Shown piece after piece: positions 8,043-16,870 of a stretch of 33,559 nt of DNA. The position numbers and the translations under genes are program-made. Source of the stretch: Sandarakinorhabdus sp. Lineage in GTDB: Bacteria > Pseudomonadota > Alphaproteobacteria > Sphingomonadales > Sphingomonadaceae. Location: contig NZ_JANPML010000057.1 in NCBI RefSeq assembly GCF_031422795.1, positions 1 through 33,559 on the forward strand. Direction: 5' to 3'. Each line of letters opens with the position of its first letter. The first letter of the stretch is position 1. A model generated the notes under the pieces. It made no database searches, was not told where the DNA came from, and saw only the letters and a list, made by a program, of their open reading frames with translations.

Positions 8043-9428
8043 ATGAAGACTGTCGCAGAACTGCGCGCGGCTGCGAAGGCCGCGCTTGCCGAGGCGCGCG
8101 CCATCAATCAGGCAGCCGCCAACGAAAACCGTGATCTCAATGACACGGAAAAGGCCAGCTACACCGCCAAGATTGCCGAAGCTCGCGGCTTCGACGATCA
8201 GGCCAGCCGCGCCGAAGAACTGGCCGGGCTGGAACAGCGCAATGCCGGCGGCGGTGCTGCACCGCTGAAGGTGGCTGGTCAGGAAAAGCTGGGTCAGGAA
8301 CTCGGCCTTTCGCTGAAGGACGTGCGTTCCTACAGCGTGGTCCGGCTGATGCACGCCCTGGCCAACCCGCAGGACAAGCAGGCCCAGCGCGCCGCTGCAT
8401 TCGAACTCGAATGCTCGGCCGAAGCCCGCAAGATCAACGGCCGCGATGGTGGTGAGATTCGCGGCGAAACCATCCCGGCCGAAGTGTTGCGTTCAAATGT
8501 GTTTGGCGAAAACCGTTCCAGCCAGATCGCGATGGCCGCCGCTGGTGAAAAGCGCGACCTGACCGTGGGCACGGCTGTGGATGGTGGCAACACCGTCCAG
8601 ACCAGCGTGCTGGGCATGTCGTTCATCGAAATCCTGCGCAACCGCATGTCGGTGCTGGAAGCCGGCGCCACGATGCTCACCGGCCTGGTGGGCGCCGTGG
8701 CGATCCCGCGTCAGACCGGCGCCGCCACCACCTTCTGGGTGGCGGAAAACGGTGCGCCGACCGAAAGCCAGCAGGCTTTCGACCAGGTGGCGCTGACGCC
8801 CAAGACCATCGGTTCGTTTGTCGATGTGTCGCGGCGCCTGCTGCTGCAGAGCTCGATCGATGTCGAAGCGTTCGTCCGGATGGACATCGCCAAGCAGATT
8901 GCGCTGGGCATCGATCTGGGCGCGCTCAACGGTTCTGGCGCTTCCAACCAGCCGCGCGGCGTTCTGCAGACTGCGGGCATCGGTTCGGTGGCGATCGGGA
9001 CCAACGGCGGCCCGCTGACGTGGGATGCCGTGGTGGATCTGGAAACGACGGTGGGCAACGCCAACGCCGACGTGCCGACCAGCGCCTACATCACCAACGC
9101 GGCGCTGCGCGGCCGCATGAAGAAGACGGCCGAGCTGGGCAACACCACCGCTGTGCCGATCTGGCGCAACAACGAGGTGAACGGCTATCGCGCCATCGCC
9201 TCGAACCAGGTGCCGCGCAACCTCACCAAGGGCTCGGGCACCAACCTTTCCGCTCTGCTGTTCGGCAACTTTGCCGACCTGCTGATCGGGATGTGGGGCG
9301 GTCTCGACATCTTGATCGATCCGTACACCGGCGGCACCGCCGGCACCCTGCGCACCATTGCGCTGCAGGATGTCGATGTGGCCGTGCGTCGGGTGGCCAG
9401 CTTCGCCGCCTGCGTCGACGCCAACTGA
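8043..9428 (+). CDS. Major capsid protein (HK97 fold) with an N-terminal coiled-coil delta domain
   Basis: SD GAGGAG, ATG 8043. Motifs IPRQTG, WVAE, VSRRLL, GSGASNQPRG and FGNF. Confidence 0.95.
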   Translation: MKTVAELRAAAKAALAEARAINQAAANENRDLNDTEKASYTAKIAEARGFDDQASRAEELAGLEQRNAGGGAAPLKVAGQEKLGQELGLSLKDVRSYSVVRLMHALANPQDKQAQRAAAFELECSAEARKINGRDGGEIRGETIPAEVLRSNVFGENRSSQIAMAAAGEKRDLTVGTAVDGGNTVQTSVLGMSFIEILRNRMSVLEAGATMLTGLVGAVAIPRQTGAATTFWVAENGAPTESQQAFDQVALTPKTIGSFVDVSRRLLLQSSIDVEAFVRMDIAKQIALGIDLGALNGSGASNQPRGVLQTAGIGSVAIGTNGGPLTWDAVVDLETTVGNANADVPTSAYITNAALRGRMKKTAELGNTTAVPIWRNNEVNGYRAIASNQVPRNLTKGSGTNLSALLFGNFADLLIGMWGGLDILIDPYTGGTAGTLRTIALQDVDVAVRRVASFAACVDAN

Positions 9429-9436
9429 GTCTGAAC

Positions 9437-9468
9437 GGCGGGGACGGCGTTTGCGCGCCGCCCCCGCC
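9437..9468 (+). other. GC-rich stem-loop after the capsid gene (mRNA stabiliser/attenuator-like)
   Basis: GGCGGGGACGGCG-TTTGCG-CGCCGCCCCCGCC with no U tract. Confidence 0.5.
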
Positions 9469-9496
9469 CGGCTGAACTCCAGCGGGAGGATTTTCC

Positions 9497-9805
9497 ATGA
9501 AGATCATTCAGTATTTGCGTGGCACGCTGGTGAACGGCAGCCACGTTGACGAAGGCGAAATCCATACGGTGGGCGAAGACCTCGATCTCGAGACTGCCAC
9601 CTTCCTCGTGCGCCAGGGCTGCGCCGACGACATCACCGAGCAGCTGCCGGAGGGCACGGAGACGGTGGTGATCGCCAGCCTGACGGTGCCGCAGCTGAAG
9701 GAGATGGCGGCGGCTGAGGGGATCGAGCTGGGCGAGGCGGCCAAGAAGGCCGAGATCGTCGAGCTGATCGAGAAGCATCTCGCGGCCAAGGCCAACGCCG
9801 CCTGA
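9497..9805 (+). CDS. Small head-associated protein with a C-terminal Rho-N/HeH-like helical domain
   Basis: GGAGG SD. C-terminal LTVPQLKEMAAAEGIEL...KKAEIVELI, in the usual position after the capsid gene. Confidence 0.7.
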   Translation: MKIIQYLRGTLVNGSHVDEGEIHTVGEDLDLETATFLVRQGCADDITEQLPEGTETVVIASLTVPQLKEMAAAEGIELGEAAKKAEIVELIEKHLAAKANAA

Positions 9806-9825
9806 GGGCTGCGCGCATCGAGTTG

Positions 9826-9860
9826 AAGGGCCGGCCGGGGGATCCTCGCGCCGGCCTTTT
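9826..9860 (+). terminator. Putative intrinsic terminator
   Basis: AAGGGCCGGC...GCCGGCC followed by TTTT. Confidence 0.5.
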
Positions 9861-9889
9861 GCTGAAACGGATTAAAAGAGGAGGGGCGG

Positions 9890-10543
9890 ATGCCCGATAA
9901 CGTCACCGCGCCGGCTGCCGGCGTTGCGTTTGCCACCGATGAGGTGGGCGGCGTCCATTTTCCTTATGCCAAGCTGGCGTTCGGTGCTGACAACGCCGCC
10001 ATCGTGGTGGCGGACGCCAACGGTGCGCGCCTGCCAGTGCTGATCACTGTGCCGGCTGGGCAGGTGATCGGCCTCGATGCGGCCACGCTGGCGGCGCTGG
10101 AATCGGTGAACGCCACTGTCGCTGGCACTGTGGCGCTGGATGGGCCGACGCTCGCAGCGCTGGAAAGCATCAATGCCGCGATCAGCGGCACGGTCGAGCT
10201 GGGCGCAGCCACACTGGCGGCGCTGGAAACGATAAACGCGGTGGTTGACCGGCTGGGCCAGACCACGCGAAATTATGACGACGCCGCCGGTCAGCGGCTG
10301 ACCACGGCCGGCGCAGGGCCAGTGCGATCCACCGCTGTTGCTGCCACCGAGGTGCTGTTGCACGCAAGCGTTCGCGGTTTCGTGCGGGTAGGCACCAGCA
10401 CGGTGGATGCCAGTGTTGGGCCGGGATCAATCCCGCTGGAAGCTGGCGAGAAGTGGCATCGGCAGATTACCAGCGGTCAGTTCATCAGCTTCATCCGCGA
10501 TGGTGCTACCGACGGCAGCCTTTCGATCGTGCCGGTGGCCTGA
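9890..10543 (+). CDS. Putative head-spike base/virion decoration protein with three 21-aa repeats
   Basis: N-terminus DNVT...ATDEVGGVHF, common in virion fibre proteins, then three L..ATLAALE.IN repeats, then an ~85-aa beta-rich C-terminal domain with PLEAGE. Confidence 0.55.
   Translation: MPDNVTAPAAGVAFATDEVGGVHFPYAKLAFGADNAAIVVADANGARLPVLITVPAGQVIGLDAATLAALESVNATVAGTVALDGPTLAALESINAAISGTVELGAATLAALETINAVVDRLGQTTRNYDDAAGQRLTTAGAGPVRSTAVAATEVLLHASVRGFVRVGTSTVDASVGPGSIPLEAGEKWHRQITSGQFISFIRDGATDGSLSIVPVA
10073..10243 (+). repeat. 63-bp-period degenerate coding tandem repeat (3 units)
   Basis: Units start at 10073, 10136 and 10199: LDAATLAALESVN / LDGPTLAALESIN / LGAATLAALETIN. Confidence 0.85.
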
Positions 10544-12927
10544 TGAGCTTCGTCGGCGGCTTTGGCGTTGGCGGGATTGGCCTGCGTGCGCGTCTGCGCC
10601 CGTCCGCTGCTGCGCCGCTGTTAGTGCAAGGCCCCTGGACCGATCTTTTTACCACCGCCAGCACTGGCCTGACCGGCCGCCTGATGGAAGGCGGCGGCGC
10701 GCCCTACACCGTTTCCCGCTATGTCGCTGGCGCAGATCCGTTCACCGTGGGCAGCGGCAATCTTTCCGGCGGCGCGAATACCAATCCGCAGCAGGGCTTT
10801 GGCTTTGTCACCCGCGATGCTGATGAAATATGGGTGCGGCGCACGCCGATGACGCTGGGCGCTGGCGGCGGCGCGGCTAACACCTATGTTCTGGCCTCGC
10901 ACATCACGGTCAACCTGGGCGCCGCCACGGCCAGCTGGATTCATTTCGGAGCTGACAACAACACTGGCCTCATCACCGCCATAAGCGTGCGGGCGTGGAA
11001 CCAGGCCAACGGCAGCACTTCCTTTGGCTCCACCGGCAACGTCATGGTTTCCCCCGGCGACAGCTATACCGAACGCTATGTTGGCCAGAATGGCGGTTCG
11101 CCCACCGTTACCTGCTTCCTGAACGGCCAGCGCATCATCAACACTTCTGCCATCACGGGTCACACGCTCACCGATCAGCACGGCCTACGCGGGCCGGCGG
11201 TTGCGGTGATCGATGAATTTACCGTCTGCGATCCCAATTCTGATCGGTTCATCGAACTGATAGCGCCCGGCAAGAACCTGCACTCCGATGCCGCCGGCAA
11301 CTGCGATGGGGTGCTCACCTTCCGGGTGCGCGGCGGTATGCCGGCTGCATCCGATCTGCGCTACAGCATCATCAACGAAGCGACCAAGCTGCCAATTGCC
11401 GGGCACGATAATCAGCCGGTGATTGGCCTGCAAACCGGCGTCACCCTGGGCGTCCTGCAGCTGGGCGACGATACCGCCGAACAGATCGGCCGCTTCACCA
11501 CGGCCACGCTCACCAAGGCCCAAACCGATGCCGCCAGCATGGCGCTCACGGATGGCTTTTTCTTCGTCATCGATTGCCTCGACGTGACGCCGGGCAGCAT
11601 CTGCCGCAGCCGTTCGCCTGTGGTGCGGCGCAGCGTTTGCGTGGTGCCCAGTGGGCAGTCGCTGGCGATGCAGGGCAATTCCGCCGCCGGCACCCTCGAT
11701 GCCGGAGCGCCGGCCACCACGCCGGTTGACGATTGGCTGTATGATTGCAGCGATCAGGTATCTACCGGCGATCTGTCCACCAATGGCCTGCCCCGCGTTC
11801 GCCGGCTGCGCACCACGTCTGCCACCAATGCCAGCCCAAACAAGCAGATGGCGGGCAAGCTGCAGGCGCTCACCGGCATGCGGGTGGGCATCGGCATGTC
11901 GGGATGGGGCGGCACGTTCCAATCCCAGCGCAACGCCAGCACATCGTTCCGCGCCGCGCTGCTGGTAGGCCTGGCCAACATGTATTGCCGGCCAGGCTAT
12001 ATCATGGACGTTGGCGGCCAGTTCGAAGGCAACACTTACCTAACACTTTATGCCAGCTTCGCCGCGATGCTGGCGGATTACCCGGCGCAAGTGGCGATCG
12101 AACACGCCGCTATCGAAGAAATCTGCGGCCCGGTTCCGCGCTACCTGTGCCCACTGGCGATGGTCACGGGCATGCCGGACACCGAAGCGCAGCAGATCAA
12201 GCGGCTGATGGCCGTGACGATGCCGGCCAATTATCCGCGCTTTTTCACCGGCCCGTATCTGGAAACCTGCTACCGCGCCCGCACCGCCAACAATTCGACC
12301 GATGTTTATCACCTCACCCCGACGAACAACGGCGCACCGCTGAACCATCCGAACAGTGGGTATGGCATCCAGCGCAGCCGCTGGGCACGCTTCCTGGCCA
12401 ACAAGTGGGACCCGGTTGCCAATCCCAGCGATTTGAACGGTCCGCGCCTCACAAGCGCCGTGCGGGCTGGCAACACCATCACCTGCACCTTTGATCCGAA
12501 CGGTGGCACGCTGGAATTTGGCGCGGGCAGCATCGGCGATTGGCGCGGCGGGCTGGATTTTCTCACTGTGCCCGACAGCCTGGATTTCAACCCGGCCAAT
12601 GCACGGTTCCCCACCAACGCGGTGGTTACCGGCAACACGGTGGCCTTCAACTTCGCCAGCCTCACCGGCCCGATCTACATCTGCGCCGGTCGCGGCTCAC
12701 GGCCCTTCGCCCGCACAGCGGCCGGCTATGATCTGCACAACGGCAGCGGCGGCACTGGCACCGATGCGGTGATCTTGGATATGCCGAACCGTTCCAGCAT
12801 GGTGCGCAGCCGCTACACCGGGGCGCAGTTCAACGATTTCGGCACCACCGAAGTCTGGGTGGAAGTGCAGCCCTATTGGGGGCCAAGCCCAACGATCAAC
12901 AATCAAGACTTCATCACAGTGGCTTGA
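10543..12927 (+). CDS. Putative head-fibre/spike protein with an SGNH (sialate O-acetylesterase-like) hydrolase domain
   Basis: ATG 10543 overlaps the previous stop. SGNH-type blocks GQSL, GWGGT, GGQFEG and DVYH. Gly/hydrophobic N-terminus MSFVGGFGVGGIGL and a beta-rich lectin-like N-terminal half. Confidence 0.6.
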   Translation: MSFVGGFGVGGIGLRARLRPSAAAPLLVQGPWTDLFTTASTGLTGRLMEGGGAPYTVSRYVAGADPFTVGSGNLSGGANTNPQQGFGFVTRDADEIWVRRTPMTLGAGGGAANTYVLASHITVNLGAATASWIHFGADNNTGLITAISVRAWNQANGSTSFGSTGNVMVSPGDSYTERYVGQNGGSPTVTCFLNGQRIINTSAITGHTLTDQHGLRGPAVAVIDEFTVCDPNSDRFIELIAPGKNLHSDAAGNCDGVLTFRVRGGMPAASDLRYSIINEATKLPIAGHDNQPVIGLQTGVTLGVLQLGDDTAEQIGRFTTATLTKAQTDAASMALTDGFFFVIDCLDVTPGSICRSRSPVVRRSVCVVPSGQSLAMQGNSAAGTLDAGAPATTPVDDWLYDCSDQVSTGDLSTNGLPRVRRLRTTSATNASPNKQMAGKLQALTGMRVGIGMSGWGGTFQSQRNASTSFRAALLVGLANMYCRPGYIMDVGGQFEGNTYLTLYASFAAMLADYPAQVAIEHAAIEEICGPVPRYLCPLAMVTGMPDTEAQQIKRLMAVTMPANYPRFFTGPYLETCYRARTANNSTDVYHLTPTNNGAPLNHPNSGYGIQRSRWARFLANKWDPVANPSDLNGPRLTSAVRAGNTITCTFDPNGGTLEFGAGSIGDWRGGLDFLTVPDSLDFNPANARFPTNAVVTGNTVAFNFASLTGPIYICAGRGSRPFARTAAGYDLHNGSGGTGTDAVILDMPNRSSMVRSRYTGAQFNDFGTTEVWVEVQPYWGPSPTINNQDFITVA

Positions 12928-12937
12928 GGGGCGGCGG

Positions 12938-13309
12938 ATGATCACCACCCACTTCATGGCGTTCTTTGCCAGCACTGGCGCTGCCGTGGCGCCGCCGATG
13001 GTGGCGGGGGATGGCCCGATCTTTGTGCTGAAGTCGCCGGGATCCAAGCTGGATTGGCCGATCAGCTGGCCGCTGGAAGATGGCGAGAGCATCGCGGCTT
13101 CGGTGTGGGCCGTGCTGCCAACGCACGCCGGCGGGCTGGCCGTGATGGACGGCAGCCCGATCACGGTCGGGCTGGTCACCAGCTGCCTGGTCGAAGGCGG
13201 GGTGAACCGCCGCGTGTACGAACTGGTAAACACCATCACCACCAGCGCCGGCCGGGTGCACGAAGCCACCATTACTTTCCGGATCGGCCGCGTGCCGACC
13301 GGCGCCTGA
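12938..13309 (+). CDS. Putative fibre adaptor protein
   Basis: KSPGSKLDWPISW...GESIAASVW...GG...Y.LVNTITTSAGR matches from memory the small 'K-P---LDY--DW' phage fibre adaptor family. Confidence 0.6.
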   Translation: MITTHFMAFFASTGAAVAPPMVAGDGPIFVLKSPGSKLDWPISWPLEDGESIAASVWAVLPTHAGGLAVMDGSPITVGLVTSCLVEGGVNRRVYELVNTITTSAGRVHEATITFRIGRVPTGA

Positions 13310-13319
13310 GGAGACCAGC

Positions 13320-13685
13320 ATGGCCAAATTTGTTGATTCGGCGGTGCAGGAGGCGGGGCTGGATCTGATCGCAGCCACCGTGACCGAGCTTTATATCTGC
13401 AACGGCCAGCCAACGAGCCGCGCCGACGCCATCACCCGCGCGCGCCACGCGGCCGCGATCGCAATGACCGCCGGCGATTTCGTAAAGTCCACGGTGGCCG
13501 GCGCTCGCCGGCTGACGGTGGCGGCGAAGAACACCACCGCCAACGCCAGCGGCAACGTGGATCACGTCGCGCTGTGCACCGGTTCAACCCTGCGTTATGT
13601 CACCCCCGCCGCGGCGAAGACGGCCAACAACGGTGACGCCCTGGGCAGCAGCGGCTTCACCATCGACGCGGCTGATCTGGTATGA
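13320..13685 (+). CDS. Small beta-rich virion structural protein (fibre subunit-like)
   Basis: SD GAGGAG, 121 aa. Pattern D.GL..I...ICNGQP...ASGNVDHVAL. Confidence 0.55.
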   Translation: MAKFVDSAVQEAGLDLIAATVTELYICNGQPTSRADAITRARHAAAIAMTAGDFVKSTVAGARRLTVAAKNTTANASGNVDHVALCTGSTLRYVTPAAAKTANNGDALGSSGFTIDAADLV

Positions 13686-14524
13686 CGATCAGCACCAGCG
13701 ATCAGCTGATCAACGCGCTGGCCAACGGGCCAAGCCGGATCGTGATCGACAAGGCTTCCATCGCCAACCAGGCGGCGGGCGGGTTCACATCTCTGTGGCG
13801 CGCGACCGGCCAGCCGGCGCAGGGCGCAATCCCCGGCACCGTACCGGGCGTGCCCACCCATCTCACCGCCGGGGCGGTGGCCTTCAACCAGCAGACCGCA
13901 CCGGCCACCAGTTACATCGGCTGGCTGTTTGCCACGTCCAGCAACTCGGCAATGACGCTGGAGATCCACGACCGGTTGGCACACGTGGGCGGCCTGGTGC
14001 TGAACGTCATCACACCGCAGGCCATCACCGGCCTCGATCTGGGCGGCGGCGGCCTGAACCTGGAAGCCGCCCGGCGCGGCGATGCGAATTTCAGCGACAT
14101 CCAGTGGTGGCTGGAAGTGTACGCCGATGGCGGGGCGACGGCATCGAACGCGACCATCAACGTCACCTATAACGATAGTTCCACGGGAAACCTGAACGTG
14201 ATCGCGGTGGGCGGCACGATCCGCGCCGGCCGGATGTTCCCGCTAACGCCGCTGATTCCGGCAGGCGATCAGGGCAAATTCATCCGGGCGATCAATTCGG
14301 TCACCCTTTCGGCCAGCACCACGGTGGCCGGCAATTTCGGATTTACGGCGACGCGGCCCCGCACGGCGGTGCCGCTGGCGCTGGCGAACTTTACCCAGGT
14401 TTCGGATTTCGCGGCGCTGAACCTGCCTGAGGTACCGAACAACAGCTGCCTGATGCTGCTGCTGCTGACATCGGCGGCCGCCACCGGCACACTGCGCGGC
14501 GGCGGCAAGATCATGCACGGCTGA
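13682..14524 (+). CDS. Virion structural protein (fibre module)
   Basis: Coupled ATGA start, 280 aa, beta-rich and Gly/Ala/Thr-rich. Confidence 0.55.
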   Translation: MTISTSDQLINALANGPSRIVIDKASIANQAAGGFTSLWRATGQPAQGAIPGTVPGVPTHLTAGAVAFNQQTAPATSYIGWLFATSSNSAMTLEIHDRLAHVGGLVLNVITPQAITGLDLGGGGLNLEAARRGDANFSDIQWWLEVYADGGATASNATINVTYNDSSTGNLNVIAVGGTIRAGRMFPLTPLIPAGDQGKFIRAINSVTLSASTTVAGNFGFTATRPRTAVPLALANFTQVSDFAALNLPEVPNNSCLMLLLLTSAAATGTLRGGGKIMHG

Positions 14525-15201
14525 TGCGAATTTTCACCCGGCCGGATTACACGGCCGATCTGCTGTTTGATCCCGGCGCGGCCGGGCAGCTGCTGCGGGC
14601 CGATCTGTGGGGGCTGCCACCGGGTGAACCGGTAACGCTGTCCCCCGATAGCGGCACGCTGGCGCTGGCGGGCGGAGTGGCCACGGTGCTGGCGGCGGCG
14701 GCGGTGGCGGCGCAGCCGGGCACGCTGGCGCTGGCTGGCGGCGCGGTGGTGTTGACGGCGGCGGCGGTGTTGGCCCCGGCTGTGGGCACGCTGGCGCTGG
14801 CGGGCGGCGCGGTGGTGTTGACGGCGGCGGCGGTGCTGGCCCCGGCGGCTGGCATGCTGGCGCTGGCGGGCGCGCAGGCGGCACTGGTGGCGGCGGCAGC
14901 GCTGGCCCCCCTGCCAGGCACGCTGGCGCTGGCAGGCGGCACGGTGGCCCTGCAGGCGGCGGCGGTGCTGGCACCTGCTGCCGGGCGGCTGGTGATCACC
15001 GGCAGCGATGTGACGATTTTGACCCAGGGCGGCGTGCAGGTGCAGCCATCGGCACTGCGGGCGCGGGCGGTGTTTGCGCCGGCGCGCGGCGGGCTGGGCG
15101 CGGGCGGCGAACGCGGGCGGGCGGGCGATGCAGCCGAACGCGGCGGCATCGGCGGGGCCGCACCACGCGGGCGGACGATGACAGACAGGGGGCGCAGCTG
15201 A
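14524..15201 (+). CDS. Ala-rich repeat protein (fibre scaffold-like)
   Basis: Six 22-aa units G(T/M/R)LALAGG...A(P/Q), translationally coupled on both sides. Confidence 0.6.
   Translation: MRIFTRPDYTADLLFDPGAAGQLLRADLWGLPPGEPVTLSPDSGTLALAGGVATVLAAAAVAAQPGTLALAGGAVVLTAAAVLAPAVGTLALAGGAVVLTAAAVLAPAAGMLALAGAQAALVAAAALAPLPGTLALAGGTVALQAAAVLAPAAGRLVITGSDVTILTQGGVQVQPSALRARAVFAPARGGLGAGGERGRAGDAAERGGIGGAAPRGRTMTDRGRS
14653..15024 (+). repeat. 66-bp-period coding tandem repeat (6 units)
   Basis: GGCACGCTGGCGCTGGC-like units at 14653, 14719, 14785, 14851 and 14917, plus a degenerate unit at 14983. Confidence 0.9.
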
Positions 15202-15788
15202 TGCAGCGGGTTTCATTCACGGCCACCGCCCAGCCGGCTGAAGAGCCGGTGACGCTGGGCGAGCTGCGCGCGCAGGCCAACATCGATGACAGCGCCAGCG
15301 ATGCCCTGCTGATGGGATATCTGGTAGCGGCGCGGCAGCACGCGGAGTCCTATCTGGGCCGGCCGATCCTGCCCACGCCGATGCGCGCGCAGATCGAGGA
15401 CTGGGCCGGCACGCGCGACCAGGGCGGGCCGATCTGGCTGGATGCGCCGGTGATCAGCGTGGATTCCGTGACGTATACCGGGGCCGATGGCCTGCCAGCC
15501 GCGTGGACCGATTATCTGATCCGCCCGGCACCGGGCGGGCTGAAGGCACTGCGACCGGCGACGGGTGCGGATTGGCCGACGCTGGGCGATGATCCGGTGA
15601 TCACCATCGATATCACCGCCGGCTGGGCCATCGATCTGCTGCCGGCATCGGTTACGGTGGCGATCTGCCAGACCGCCGCGCACTGGTTCAACGTGCGCGA
15701 GGTGGTGAACATCGGGAATATTTCGAGCGAGATCCCGGAAACGGGCAAGGCGCTGCTGCGCCCGCTGCGCTGGCGGCTGATCGGATAG
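15201..15788 (+). CDS. Head-tail connector/adaptor (gp6/gp15-like)
   Basis: Motifs EPVTLGEL, AARQHAE.YLGR, PVISVDSVTY, WP, and AHWF.VRE. Confidence 0.9.
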   Translation: MQRVSFTATAQPAEEPVTLGELRAQANIDDSASDALLMGYLVAARQHAESYLGRPILPTPMRAQIEDWAGTRDQGGPIWLDAPVISVDSVTYTGADGLPAAWTDYLIRPAPGGLKALRPATGADWPTLGDDPVITIDITAGWAIDLLPASVTVAICQTAAHWFNVREVVNIGNISSEIPETGKALLRPLRWRLIG

Positions 15789-15798
15789 GGAGGCGACC

Positions 15799-16065
15799 AT
15801 GGCTGCAGCTGCCCGGCGCGTGCGCCCTGTGCCGCAAGGTGAAATTGAAGTGAGCGCCGAACTGGTGCGCATCGCCGAAGTGCTGGAGCGAATGGAAGAG
15901 AAGATCGACACGATCGAAATCAACCAGGGCGTGCAGGGCAAGCAGATCGAGCGGTGGCGCACGGTCGGTTCGCTGGTGGGGCCGGCCCTGTTTGGGCTGG
16001 GCGCGTGGGTGATGACCTGGGCGGATGACGCCGTGCTGTGGTTTATGACGGCCGTGAAGTCGTGA
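15799..16065 (+). CDS. Small coiled-coil plus C-terminal transmembrane protein (holin/XhlA-like architecture)
   Basis: GGAGG SD. LERMEEKIDTIE followed by hydrophobic VGSLVGPALFGLGAWV. Confidence 0.55.
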   Translation: MAAAARRVRPVPQGEIEVSAELVRIAEVLERMEEKIDTIEINQGVQGKQIERWRTVGSLVGPALFGLGAWVMTWADDAVLWFMTAVKS

Positions 16066-16391
16066 GCCTGGCGGCGGGACGCCTGCGCAACCGCGTGGTG
16101 ATCGAGGCACCGGCCCACACGCCAGACGGCGCGGCCGGGCGGCGGACGGCGTGGCGGCGGGTGGCATCGGTGGCGGCCGAGGTGCTGCCGCTGGCCGGCA
16201 ACGACGCGCTGGAGGATCTGGTGGTGCGGACGGCGCAGGCCTATCGCGTCACGATCCGCTGGCGTGCCGGCATCGATACGCGGCACCGGCTGGTGTGGAA
16301 CGGCCTGGCGCTGAAGATCAACAGCGCGGTGGATCCGGATCAGCGGCGAGAGCGCCTGCAGATGGCGTGTGAAGCCGGGCAGCCAACGTAA
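16062..16391 (+). CDS. Head closure protein (stopper, gp16-like)
   Basis: GTG 16062. AGRLRNRVVIE...W..VA.V.AEV...YRVTIRWR. Confidence 0.88.
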   Translation: MSLAAGRLRNRVVIEAPAHTPDGAAGRRTAWRRVASVAAEVLPLAGNDALEDLVVRTAQAYRVTIRWRAGIDTRHRLVWNGLALKINSAVDPDQRRERLQMACEAGQPT

Positions 16392-16870
16392 TGGCGAAGG
16401 CCCGCTGGAAAGGCCGGGCGCGGGTACGGCGGATTTTTCGGGCGTTGCCGGAAGAGGCGCGGGCCGAACTGGCCGACGTATTTGACAGCCGCGCGCCGGG
16501 AATTCTGGGTTACGCCAGGGCCAACACGCCGCGGCGCGGCGGGGAAGGCCGAGCGCTGCTTTCGACGAAGGTGAGCCGGAAGACGCTGCGGTTTCAGCTT
16601 GGCCTGCTTTCGGCCAGGGCGCGGCGGCAGGGATTTTATCTGAACATCCTCGATCGCGGCCGGCGGGCACAGACGGTGCGGGCGACGCGGCGGGCGCCTT
16701 CGGGTGCCATCAGCCGATATACGATCCGGGTGCGGGCGATCAACGAAGCGCGGTTCGACATCGTGTTCGGCCGGGTGCGGGCGTTTGCCCTGAACAGCAT
16801 CGGGGTGGCGCTGCGGGATCTGTGGCCGCGGGTGCTGGCGCGTTTTTCAGGGGGCGGCTTTGATGACTGA
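16391..16870 (+). CDS. Tail completion protein (HK97 gp10-like)
   Basis: Basic protein with A.ANTP and FY..ILDRG, located between stopper and tail terminator. Confidence 0.7.
   Translation: MAKARWKGRARVRRIFRALPEEARAELADVFDSRAPGILGYARANTPRRGGEGRALLSTKVSRKTLRFQLGLLSARARRQGFYLNILDRGRRAQTVRATRRAPSGAISRYTIRVRAINEARFDIVFGRVRAFALNSIGVALRDLWPRVLARFSGGGFDD

Noticed and set aside
10543-12927. Possible diversity-generating retroelement target
   Set aside because: No reverse transcriptase and no adenine-variant repeat pair seen in the window.
14653-15024. Regularly spaced repeats as a possible CRISPR array
   Set aside because: The period is a multiple of 3, the 'spacers' resemble each other, the region is in-frame coding, and no cas genes are present.
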